DNA of 64,000 nt from an uncultured Pseudomonadota bacterium (lineage in GTDB: Bacteria > Babelota > Babeliae > Babelales > RVW-14). Shown here piece after piece: positions 10,547-19,344 of the stretch. Positions within the stretch are counted from its first letter, which is position 1, and every line of letters starts with the position of its first letter. The position numbers and the translations under genes were made by a program. Where the stretch lies: the NCBI GenBank assembly GCA_964493325.1, contig CAZBMD010000005.1:779-64778 (forward strand). The letters run 5' to 3'. Under the pieces are notes generated by a model. It had not been told where the DNA came from. It saw only the letters and a program-made list of their open reading frames with translations, and did no database searches.

Positions 10547-13500
10547 TTAAGCAAGATTTTTGTACACTAAATAACCAGAATTAAGCTCAATCCGAGATTC
10601 TGGAAAAATCTCAATCCGCAAATCATTTGTCTCGTCAAGCCCATCTCCAATAATTATTCCCTCAGCAGGATATCCTGCGCCACTAATAAAATTGCACACG
10701 CCTCGCACTTCCAAGTACCCTTTGGTCAATTGCAGGCCTGTTGACGTCGATGCGATCGACGCATTTTTCATAATTAATCTTGTTGTATCATCCGCTAATG
10801 ATAAAAGGGTACGAGACTCAGACGCAGGCTCATACGAGAAAGTAAAGTCATCTCGTAGGTATAAACTTGCTCGAGACTTAACCCTGCTTTCAGCATCTGA
10901 TTGATACAAAAACTGATAATCTCGACCGTTCATATCCATCTGATTAATGACATCAAAACTTCCAAGAGAGAAAGTGAAATTACTATCTTGAGACCAAGTA
11001 ACATTATCAAAAATCAACTTGCCAGCATTATCAATGCAATACAAACTTCCATCCAAAAGTCCATCAATTACTACATTTTTAAATCGAACACGAGACCCTC
11101 TCCCTATTGCTATTTGACCTGTAGGTCCAAAAATAAGTGAATTTCCATCCCCATTAATGGTGCAATCGCCGCTAAATGTCCACTTAGACGTAAGTTGAAG
11201 ATTTGATCGTAAAACTATAGACGCTTTGTTTGAATCCCAATCAAGAGTACTAGTACTGTATAAACTAAGACCACCAACACTGACAGATAAATTAGATAAG
11301 TTTACCTTGCCTTGGCCATTGAAAAATTGATTATCCGAAAACTGAAGAGGTTTTGTTAGCGTTACAGAGCTCTTATTCAATGATATATAACTAGACATAG
11401 CCCCGACAACATCCCATGAAAATGATGCTGATTGATTAGAACAAACAATTGGAGCAGCGATACTCCCTGGTCCACTAATAATATTTCCAGACCCCGCGAT
11501 AAGGGTTGAAAGGGGGAGCGCCCCTGTCTGTGCGGTAATTTTTCCGTTTCCATCAAGCAATGTTGTAAAAAAATTATAACGCTTTCCTGTAATTAAAAAT
11601 TCAATACCAGCAGCTGAAAAAGCACAATCTTTATATGATAAAACTGCACCAGCGCCCACTACCAAGTCCCATGGACCAGAGAACTCTACCGTTAAATTTT
11701 TAAAAGAAGCATTTTTATCAATCACAATATGAAGAGCTGGATCAATCGTTACTCTTGTTAAGCGTGTGATTGATTGAATTCCAGTCTCTGTTGTACAAGC
11801 ATAAATAAAATGCCCTTTAGGCAAATACAAACTTGCTCCAGGATCTAATTTCACACTACAATCTTCTGAACTAATACCATTACCCAAAGATAACCCATAA
11901 TGTGAATGCGTAGAGTTTATATCAAACGTTAATTTCTTATTTACCTTGACCATACCTCTCAGGATCTTCATGCCCGACGAAGTAACCGAAAAAGTCCCAG
12001 AGTCCACCTCTAACACAGATGTTGTATCTTCAAAAAATAGCGGCTCTCTTCCATTATTACGTCCAAGAACCACACCCATATCGTCATGAATTCCCCAAAT
12101 AGAACTCATTCCGATTGAACTTGTTAATGTAGATTCATAATAAAACGTACCAGTTCCGGTAAAATCATTTCTGTTAATAAAATTAAGACTACCATGAGAA
12201 AAAGAGAATGAATCATCTTGATCCCATCTTACTCCATCAAGGATCAAGGAAGCAGAATCGTCTATGCACTCAATGTTATTTCCATCAATGCCTGTGATAA
12301 AAATATTTCTAAACCTTAGCGAACTACCACTACCAATCTTTATCTTTCCTGTAGGCAGAAGAGCAAACCTCTTGCCACCTCCATCAATAATGCAATTTCC
12401 AGAAAACACCCACTCAGAAGACAGTGCAATATCAGCATTTAAATTAATTGATGATCCCTGAGCATTCCAAGATATTGAACTTGTCCAGTTCAAATCTTTT
12501 GAACCCAAAGTACAATCATACGTACCCATGATCACACTACCAGCTCCAACAAAGCCGGTATGCTGCCCAAAAACAATATTTTTTTCCAACGCAACACTTC
12601 CGCCTCCAAGCGTAATATCTGAAAAAAAGCTGCCATCAAGACCGACAGACAAGTGGGACGTTGAATCCAATAATATGGTTGGACCGGAAATATCTCCTGA
12701 TCCTAGGAAGAAATTATACGGCCCTTGAACAAGCGTCGCTGCTGGGTAATTACCCTTGACTAGGTAAAACTCACAACCTCCATAAAGAAGTGTCGCGTCT
12801 GGCGAGTATCGCAAGCCTGTGACCCTAAAATCGGCAAAAGGATAGCTAAAAAAGCAGTTGTCGTAATACAACTGTTTTCCTGGGATAAAAACAATGCTAC
12901 TGGTTAAATTGGAATACACCGAAACGTTATCACAATGAACATCTTGCTTCGAGTAAAAAACACTATTACCACTTCTGATAAATTTTACCTCTACATCGTC
13001 AGTTAAAAAATTTTCAGCGGCAACAACATCATAAATAAAATGTCCTTCATTTAGTTTTAAGACAGCACTCGGAAATAATTTGAATGTGGCATCATCTTCG
13101 GCTATCCCATTACCCAAAATAAAACCATTGGATGTTGATGTTGACTCAATATCTAAAATTACTTCTCGATCACACAAAAAGGTTCCTCTTGTAAACTGCA
13201 TGCCAGAAGCTGTAATAATAAGCGTGCAATGTTCCAAGCGTAAAACGGACGATGCATCCTCGCAAAATAACGGTTCTCGATCAAAAATTCCATTTTTTCG
13301 ACCAAAAGAAACTTGTGCTAAATCTGAAAAAAACCATGTCGAATCTGATGCCACGGTGCTCGTTAAGCCAGAAGAATAGGTAAATCTATATCGGCCTGTA
13401 ACATCAACTTCATTATGAATACGAATACTTCCTTGTGAAAAGGTATAATCATCATCTTGTACCCAACGAACCTCATCCATGATTAAAGATCCTGAGTCGT

Positions 13501-14086
13501 TTAGACAGCGAATGTTGTACCCTGATATTCCATCAACTTCAATATTTTTTAAACGCAACGATGCATTGTTATCGATTAAAATGCAACCGTCTCCGTCAAG
13601 AACAAGGCAATGTCCTCGACCATTAATCACACAGTCACCTCGAATACGCAAAGTCCCCGAGAGATTAATATCTGAATTTATAAAAAGCTTTGTATTGTCA
13701 AGAATTGTATCACTGGATGATGGTAACCCTGTAATGCTTTCACACAAATCAAGAATATGATCATTGCCTCGAATAAAACCAGGAGTAACGAGCTCCGATG
13801 GATTGTTTAGTGACAGATCAGTATCCAAAAACAACTGGCCTCCGTGTAAATTCACGTTACCCGAAACAGGAAACGCCGACCCAAAGGTACACGTTGTTGT
13901 TGCATCTTGAAGCCCAAAACCACTTTTGAACCAACCAAATGCAAGCATAGCATTGTCAGAATCAGCTGATGGAAAAACAAAATAAGGCTCAATCGATAAA
14001 ATCGACTCTGAGCCTTTTTGAACAGCAAAAATTTGTAGGGGAAATAAACAGATGAAAAGGATTAGAAAGAACTTCTTACTCACCAC
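10547..14086 (-). CDS. Giant secreted CTM-family protein with cap plus three tandem CTM-like modules
   Basis: 1179-aa ORF with a signal-like N-terminus (FFLILFICLFPLQIFA). The cap is 'FPSADSDNAMLAFGWFKSGFGLQDATTTCTF..PVSGNVNLHGGQLFL'. Three modules each contain C-x-I-[ND]-G-x-G, N-I-[RE]-C / L-Y-C, [YF]-[TS]-FS-x-GS and a G-[HY]-[FL]-[IV]-Y end. Confidence 0.9.
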   Translation of the reverse strand: MVSKKFFLILFICLFPLQIFAVQKGSESILSIEPYFVFPSADSDNAMLAFGWFKSGFGLQDATTTCTFGSAFPVSGNVNLHGGQLFLDTDLSLNNPSELVTPGFIRGNDHILDLCESITGLPSSSDTILDNTKLFINSDINLSGTLRIRGDCVINGRGHCLVLDGDGCILIDNNASLRLKNIEVDGISGYNIRCLNDSGSLIMDEVRWVQDDDYTFSQGSIRIHNEVDVTGRYRFTYSSGLTSTVASDSTWFFSDLAQVSFGRKNGIFDREPLFCEDASSVLRLEHCTLIITASGMQFTRGTFLCDREVILDIESTSTSNGFILGNGIAEDDATFKLFPSAVLKLNEGHFIYDVVAAENFLTDDVEVKFIRSGNSVFYSKQDVHCDNVSVYSNLTSSIVFIPGKQLYYDNCFFSYPFADFRVTGLRYSPDATLLYGGCEFYLVKGNYPAATLVQGPYNFFLGSGDISGPTILLDSTSHLSVGLDGSFFSDITLGGGSVALEKNIVFGQHTGFVGAGSVIMGTYDCTLGSKDLNWTSSISWNAQGSSINLNADIALSSEWVFSGNCIIDGGGKRFALLPTGKIKIGSGSSLRFRNIFITGIDGNNIECIDDSASLILDGVRWDQDDSFSFSHGSLNFINRNDFTGTGTFYYESTLTSSIGMSSIWGIHDDMGVVLGRNNGREPLFFEDTTSVLEVDSGTFSVTSSGMKILRGMVKVNKKLTFDINSTHSHYGLSLGNGISSEDCSVKLDPGASLYLPKGHFIYACTTETGIQSITRLTRVTIDPALHIVIDKNASFKNLTVEFSGPWDLVVGAGAVLSYKDCAFSAAGIEFLITGKRYNFFTTLLDGNGKITAQTGALPLSTLIAGSGNIISGPGSIAAPIVCSNQSASFSWDVVGAMSSYISLNKSSVTLTKPLQFSDNQFFNGQGKVNLSNLSVSVGGLSLYSTSTLDWDSNKASIVLRSNLQLTSKWTFSGDCTINGDGNSLIFGPTGQIAIGRGSRVRFKNVVIDGLLDGSLYCIDNAGKLIFDNVTWSQDSNFTFSLGSFDVINQMDMNGRDYQFLYQSDAESRVKSRASLYLRDDFTFSYEPASESRTLLSLADDTTRLIMKNASIASTSTGLQLTKGYLEVRGVCNFISGAGYPAEGIIIGDGLDETNDLRIEIFPESRIELNSGYLVYKNLA

Positions 14087-14348
14087 TCAACTCCCTTTTT
14101 TATGTCTTGCATTATCGTGACACCACTTTCAAATGCGTGATGAGGTGCCGTATAGACACTACACACCTGTAGTTGGTGTTACTCTCCTTAATTTCAATCG
14201 TATATCGTTTCAAAAAACAATCAAGCTTTAAAATTTGATCATTAATTACACCAAGTTTGCATTGTCTTTTTCAACAGATGTGAGAAAATCAACGAATCTT
14301 TTTCTGTTGATCACCTTTACACAACATCTTTCGATTGTTCAATGAATC

Positions 14349-15614
14349 ATGAATTTTAAAAAAATTACTCTGTTGAGTACACTTCTTATAGGATGCACAC
14401 TGATAGTTGTCTGTTATATTCTTTTTACTCAAGGCAATCTTAAATTTGTTAATTTTGAAACAGCAACAAAAAATCAATCAGAAGGACCTCGTGTTCTTTT
14501 TGTTCATGTTACTCAAGGATCTGGCGGAGCAGAAACGCACAGCATAGCTCTTTATAAAGAAGCTCTGTCACACGGAATGAATGCAACTATGCTTGTCCAA
14601 AAAAATTCTTTTATCCAACAAGAACTCAAGCAGTTTCAAATTCCACACTACGAAACATCAGCTGCATCATTCATAAAAATGAGCAAACTTTACAAATATA
14701 TTCTCACAAAAAATATTCAAGCAATTCATAAAAAACAACCAATTGATATCGTACAATGCAATACCGAACGAGAAACATATGCTGCAAAAAAGGCTCAGCT
14801 TTATTACCCAATAAAAGTCATCTGGGTTCGGCACAATGAAGAGCTTCCTCGCTGCATGCAAGTCCTTAAAAATCTCAATGGCATCATTGCAGTCAGCCCA
14901 CAAATTGAACAGTTACTTACTCACGCAAACAAACAGTACAAACTCGATATTGATGAGATAAGAACTATCTACCCATTTTTTAATCAAGAACGCCTTCTTT
15001 CATACAATCCTCAAGAATCCAGAAAAATTTTTTTTCAAAAATATTTTAATCTTTCGGTTGATAACAACACTGTCTTACTGTGCATGGTTGCCAATCTATA
15101 CTCGAACATTGATCACAAAAATCATCCGCTTCTTCTCAAGGCCACAGCAAAGCTCATTCATGAAAAACAAAAAAATATCCAGGTTCTGTTGGTTGGTGAT
15201 GGCCGCGCTCGCTCAGAATTAGAAAAACAGTGCTCGGACTTAAACATCTCAAAATATGTTCATTTTCTTGGATTTACCGCGCATGTTCCCGCAATCCTCT
15301 ATCACTCAGATATTAAAGTTCTTTCGTCACGCAGCGAAGGACAAGCAATCGCCCTTACCGAAGCTGCATTCATGCAAAAACCGCTCATTGCAGCAACTGG
15401 AACAAGCGCTGTAAATATAGTCATTGATGGTAAAACAGGATACCTTTTTAGAAATAATAATGCTGATGATTTGGCAGAAAAAATTGAAATCCTAGTTGAT
15501 AATCCTCTACTTCGTATACAAATGGGAAAAGCAGCTCAAGATCTTGCTTTTAAAGAATTTGCAAATGCCAGCAAATTAAAAAAGCTGAAAAAATTCTATC
15601 AAAGACTGAAATGA
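14349..15614 (+). CDS. Glycosyltransferase, GT4 / group-1 family, with an N-terminal TM segment
   Basis: 421-aa ORF. The C-terminal half has the GT-B group-1 pattern (..LLVGDGRARSELE..HFLGF..SSRSEGQAIALTEAAFMQKPLIAT....DGKTGYLF). Confidence 0.75.
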   Translation: MNFKKITLLSTLLIGCTLIVVCYILFTQGNLKFVNFETATKNQSEGPRVLFVHVTQGSGGAETHSIALYKEALSHGMNATMLVQKNSFIQQELKQFQIPHYETSAASFIKMSKLYKYILTKNIQAIHKKQPIDIVQCNTERETYAAKKAQLYYPIKVIWVRHNEELPRCMQVLKNLNGIIAVSPQIEQLLTHANKQYKLDIDEIRTIYPFFNQERLLSYNPQESRKIFFQKYFNLSVDNNTVLLCMVANLYSNIDHKNHPLLLKATAKLIHEKQKNIQVLLVGDGRARSELEKQCSDLNISKYVHFLGFTAHVPAILYHSDIKVLSSRSEGQAIALTEAAFMQKPLIAATGTSAVNIVIDGKTGYLFRNNNADDLAEKIEILVDNPLLRIQMGKAAQDLAFKEFANASKLKKLKKFYQRLK

Positions 15615-15640
15615 CTCTTGTAAGAGTCATTTCAGTCTTT
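15601..15640. terminator. Bidirectional hairpin between convergent genes
   Basis: Perfect 19-bp inverted repeat, aaagactgaaatgactctt / aagagtcatttcagtcttt. It overlaps the GT4 stop codon and lies 17 nt from the stop of the minus-strand fibre gene. Confidence 0.65.
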
Positions 15641-15656
15641 GTTGTATTAGAAGAGA

Positions 15657-17804
15657 TTAAATGTTTTCACTCATTTCTAACAACGCCTGCTGCATAATAG
15701 GACTATCTTTCAAAGAATCACACACTGCTTCGATTTCTTCATTTTGCAGAGGAGATTTTAGCGTCATCAGATAGTGAAGAATAGTAGTAAGAGTTTGTTT
15801 ACACTCAACCAACTGGTCATAATAAGCCTTAATTTTTTCGTCACCTCTTAGATACTCATTAAGTAACAGTATCGATATTGCATCATACCGGACCGAGATA
15901 GGATTCCCATCAGCATCATACGCAACAATCTCTGGATACACTTGCGCAACTTCTTCAGCAATCAAACCATATTGAAGAGTTTGTTCAGGATCATTATTAT
16001 ACGCAAAAACGACAGGACGAAGTTTTGTCACATAACGGCTGCGTTCAGATATGTCTCTGATATCTTTTTTATAATTACGTGAGGATAATACTGTACCAAG
16101 CTTGCCATCGGCTGAAATAACAACCGGCAAAGAAGAAAGCACATCAGTTGTTGATTGCCCAGAAATTCCTGCAATAAAACAGCCGGTATGGGTAGCCGTC
16201 GTACCAAGCCGTATAATTGTATCTTCTTGACCAACACCAGCAGCGCCTATATAAATATTATCACTTCCTGCTATTAGGTTTTCGCCTACATAAGCTCCAA
16301 GCCCAATATTAGACGAACCAGATTCAAGATTTAAGAAACTCTCAAACCCAATAGCGGTGTTACCCGAGTCAACAGAATTTTGTAAGGACCATGCTCCAAT
16401 AGCTGTATTGCCATTGCCAGTACTATTATTGAAAAGGCTCTCGCCTCCACAAGCTACGTTGTCTTGACCAGAAGTATTGTAAGTCATGCTCGACTGACCA
16501 ACTGCTGTATTATTACTTCCTTCATCATTACTTACAAGGCACCCAGCACCAACAGCAGTATTCAAGGCACCCGTGTAATCATTAACCAATGTCATTGTCC
16601 CCAAGCCAGTATTGCCCAAAGCACTACCTGTATCCAATGAAAAATTACCAGAACTTGATCCTACAAAGGTATTGTACATCCCATAATCACTAATAAATGA
16701 AGATCCATTAATTTGCAAAGAACCATTGTTTGCAGCTGTTGTACTTGGAAGACCAAGACCCCCACCAACAGATACCACCGTTTCAGGAGCACATGGATTA
16801 ACTTGATCTGTAAATAAAGTTCCACTGCAAAGATAAATATCACCCAAAACAGAAAGATCTTCCGCAAAGACTGGTGTGCCAACGCCAAGTTTTCCCGTTG
16901 CGGTGTCAATAACTACAGCTGTTCCATCAACAATTGCAGTATTTGCAATGGTAGGAATAAAACACCCTGTATGGGTCATAGCTGTACCCAAGCGAATAAC
17001 GCCATATTCTTGGCCACAACCTGCGTTACCAATATAAATATTATTGTTTCCTTCTACAAAATTTCCTCCAGCATAGTCTCCAAGCGCAATATTAGATGAG
17101 CCGCCAACCATGTTGATTAAACTTTCATAACCAACCGCTGTGTTAAATGATTCTGTTGAATTTTGAAGAGATCGAGTTCCAACTGCAGTATTTCCATCAC
17201 CATAGAAAGAATTTAAAAGAGCTTCTCCCCCTAAAGCAACGTTACTTTGACCGGAAATATTATTGGTCAAACTGCTCTGCCCTACTGATGTATTGTTGTT
17301 TCCATCAGTGTTATTTGCAAGGCAAGCCGCACCAACAGCTGTATTTAATGCTCCAAAAGCATTATTGGAAAGTGCAAAGGCACCAACACCTGTATTTCCA
17401 AAGGCGTCAACAGGGTCAAGAGTAAAGTTTCCAGCATTGGCTCCAGCAAAAGTATTATCCGATCCGTAGTTATGAAGGAATCTAGCCCCATCAATTTGCA
17501 AAGACCCATTGTTTGCTGTTGTTGCCGTAGGAAGATTAATGCTCCCTCCAAATGATGTCGTTGTCGTTGGACAGCATGGATCAATCTCATTGGTAAAAAA
17601 TGTCCCGCGTACGGTTAGATCTTCTCTAATAAGCAAATCATGAATACATTTAGGAAATTGCAGATTCACACATACCGAAACATCATTGTTTGTAGCCTCA
17701 CATGGAAGACCGCAATGACCTCCATACAAAGAAAATGATGTTGTAACTAATAATGAGATCGCAGCAAGCTTTTTTATAAGAACCTGCACAGAATGATAAG
17801 CCAT
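15657..17804 (-). CDS. Tail-fibre-like protein with a C-terminal Peptidase_S74 intramolecular-chaperone domain and an internally duplicated fibre unit
   Basis: I prefer ATG 17804, preceded by AAAAAAGGAGTATT. The C-terminus 'GKLGTVL-SSRNYKKDIRDI..LRPVVFAYNND..YGLIAEEVAQVYPEIVAYD..ISVRYDAISILLLNE' matches the S74 S-x-R-x-x-K signature. Two fibre units of ~250-260 aa carry NTAVG/NTAIG repeats. Confidence 0.85.
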   Translation of the reverse strand: MAYHSVQVLIKKLAAISLLVTTSFSLYGGHCGLPCEATNNDVSVCVNLQFPKCIHDLLIREDLTVRGTFFTNEIDPCCPTTTTSFGGSINLPTATTANNGSLQIDGARFLHNYGSDNTFAGANAGNFTLDPVDAFGNTGVGAFALSNNAFGALNTAVGAACLANNTDGNNNTSVGQSSLTNNISGQSNVALGGEALLNSFYGDGNTAVGTRSLQNSTESFNTAVGYESLINMVGGSSNIALGDYAGGNFVEGNNNIYIGNAGCGQEYGVIRLGTAMTHTGCFIPTIANTAIVDGTAVVIDTATGKLGVGTPVFAEDLSVLGDIYLCSGTLFTDQVNPCAPETVVSVGGGLGLPSTTAANNGSLQINGSSFISDYGMYNTFVGSSSGNFSLDTGSALGNTGLGTMTLVNDYTGALNTAVGAGCLVSNDEGSNNTAVGQSSMTYNTSGQDNVACGGESLFNNSTGNGNTAIGAWSLQNSVDSGNTAIGFESFLNLESGSSNIGLGAYVGENLIAGSDNIYIGAAGVGQEDTIIRLGTTATHTGCFIAGISGQSTTDVLSSLPVVISADGKLGTVLSSRNYKKDIRDISERSRYVTKLRPVVFAYNNDPEQTLQYGLIAEEVAQVYPEIVAYDADGNPISVRYDAISILLLNEYLRGDEKIKAYYDQLVECKQTLTTILHYLMTLKSPLQNEEIEAVCDSLKDSPIMQQALLEMSENI

Positions 17805-17844
17805 AATACTCCTTTTTTGGCTACAACTAAAAATAGAACATTTT

Positions 17845-18837
17845 TTAAGCACCATTCAATAATGCAAAAAGCTCATTAATTTGTTTCGCTTGAGTTATAA
17901 ACTTATCGTCATACAGGGAAATTACATTGCGCAGAGATTTAAGCTGTTCTTGAAGCTCTGCCAACTGCTCCTTTTGCTGCAAATATTCATTAAGAATAAG
18001 AACAGGTATTTCATCATATCTTACAGAAAGAGGATTTCCCTCTTCATCATATACGGCAAGTTCAGGAAAATTTTGCGCAACTTCCTCGGCAATCAAACCA
18101 TATTGAATTATTTTTTTAGGATCATTTTTGTAGACAAAAGCAACAGGCCGCAGCTTTGTTAAGTTATTGCTTCGAGTATAAATATCCTGAATATCATCCT
18201 TGTAACGACGAGAAGATAGGATAGTACCAAGCTTACCATCTGAAGAAATAACAACAGCCAAACTGGAAAGAATATCCGTTGTAGCTTTCCCGGCAATACC
18301 TGCAATAAAACATCCCGTATGGGTGATAGTTGAACCAAACCGCATAACATTATCCTCAGCTCCAGCGCCATTATTTCCAAGGTAAATATTATTACTGCCC
18401 AACAATAATGAAGATCCAGCATTATAACCAATTGCCGTATTTTCAGTACCGGTAATTAAGTTATTCAAACTATTTGCTCCAATACCAACGTTCGTTGTTA
18501 GGTTGTCAACATCTTCCAATACCAGACTGCCTACTCCCAAGTGACCTTCACTATTGATAACAACCGGAGAACCGCTTATCACGTTGGCAGCTGTTGAAGG
18601 AAGAGTAACCAATCCCAATATAGTGGCAGAACCCGTCATACGAATATCGGCATTATGATCAGCATTTACTTTGATAAATGAATCGTTAAGCACTCTGAGA
18701 TTTTCGTCCTGTGTCACGATATAAAATTGATCGCTCACATGCTCTATTGCGTAAAGATATCCATTTGGAATAAAGAAAATTATAAAAATCTTGAAAGAAA
18801 AAAGAATACTCCTGCTCAATCGGTTTATGTTCGTCAC
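17845..18837 (-). CDS. Tail-fibre-like protein with a C-terminal Peptidase_S74 chaperone domain (short paralog)
   Basis: 330-aa ORF with 'GKLGTIL-SSRRYKDDIQDI..LRPVAFVYKND..YGLIAEEVAQNFPELAVYD..LSVRYDEIPVLILNE'. The N-terminus is hydrophobic. Confidence 0.85.
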   Translation of the reverse strand: MTNINRLSRSILFSFKIFIIFFIPNGYLYAIEHVSDQFYIVTQDENLRVLNDSFIKVNADHNADIRMTGSATILGLVTLPSTAANVISGSPVVINSEGHLGVGSLVLEDVDNLTTNVGIGANSLNNLITGTENTAIGYNAGSSLLLGSNNIYLGNNGAGAEDNVMRFGSTITHTGCFIAGIAGKATTDILSSLAVVISSDGKLGTILSSRRYKDDIQDIYTRSNNLTKLRPVAFVYKNDPKKIIQYGLIAEEVAQNFPELAVYDEEGNPLSVRYDEIPVLILNEYLQQKEQLAELQEQLKSLRNVISLYDDKFITQAKQINELFALLNGA

Positions 18838-18995
18838 GCCAATACTCCTTTAATAATATCGATTAATTTAGGTATTAAACTCGATATTTTCGAGCTATTG
18901 CGTTTGATGATATCTTATGCAGGATCTTAATTGTCAATAAAACATAGAAAATTCAGCAATAGATTTTTATTTTGATAAAGGGAACATATGGCTGC

Positions 18996-19340
18996 TTAAT
19001 TTTTCTTGGCTCGCTTCGCAGCTTGTACAGCCAGAAGCACCCATTCAGCAAGATTATCTGGATTCTCAAGTATATCGGCAGGAACCTCCCAATAACTCAT
19101 GACAATTGTTTTCTTATTTTTTCCCTCATAAGAAAAAGGTTTTGAACCGTACGACTCATATTTGAAGCGGGTGGCATCATCAACTTTAAAATACAAAATT
19201 TCATCTGCTATTAAAGCAAAAAAAATTCCATCTTTATAAAAGCCAACGCCACCAAACATTTTGCGAGATTTAATATTACCAAGCGGTGTCAGCAGATCGA
19301 TAACATATTCAGCAAAGCCATTTTTAGACATAAGCGCCAC
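18996..19340 (-). CDS. TfoX/Sxy N-terminal-domain protein
   Basis: 114 aa. 'LTPLGNIKSRKMFGGVGFYKDGIFFALIADEILYFKVDD' is the TfoX_N pattern. Confidence 0.7.
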   Translation of the reverse strand: MALMSKNGFAEYVIDLLTPLGNIKSRKMFGGVGFYKDGIFFALIADEILYFKVDDATRFKYESYGSKPFSYEGKNKKTIVMSYWEVPADILENPDNLAEWVLLAVQAAKRAKKN

Positions 19341-19344
19341 CCAA

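Noticed and set aside
14289-14477. A 62-aa minus-strand ORF in the divergent promoter region.
   Set aside because: It overlaps the 5' end of the GT4 gene antisense. It is Lys/Asn/Cys-rich low-complexity sequence with no SD.
15657-18837. Possible prophage or tailocin remnant, because of the tail-fibre/S74 genes.
   Set aside because: No other phage-type genes are recognisable in the flanks or anywhere in the 64 kb: no capsid, portal, terminase, sheath, baseplate, integrase or lysis genes. The neighbours are envelope and housekeeping genes. I kept the fibre genes as a finding but rejected the prophage call.
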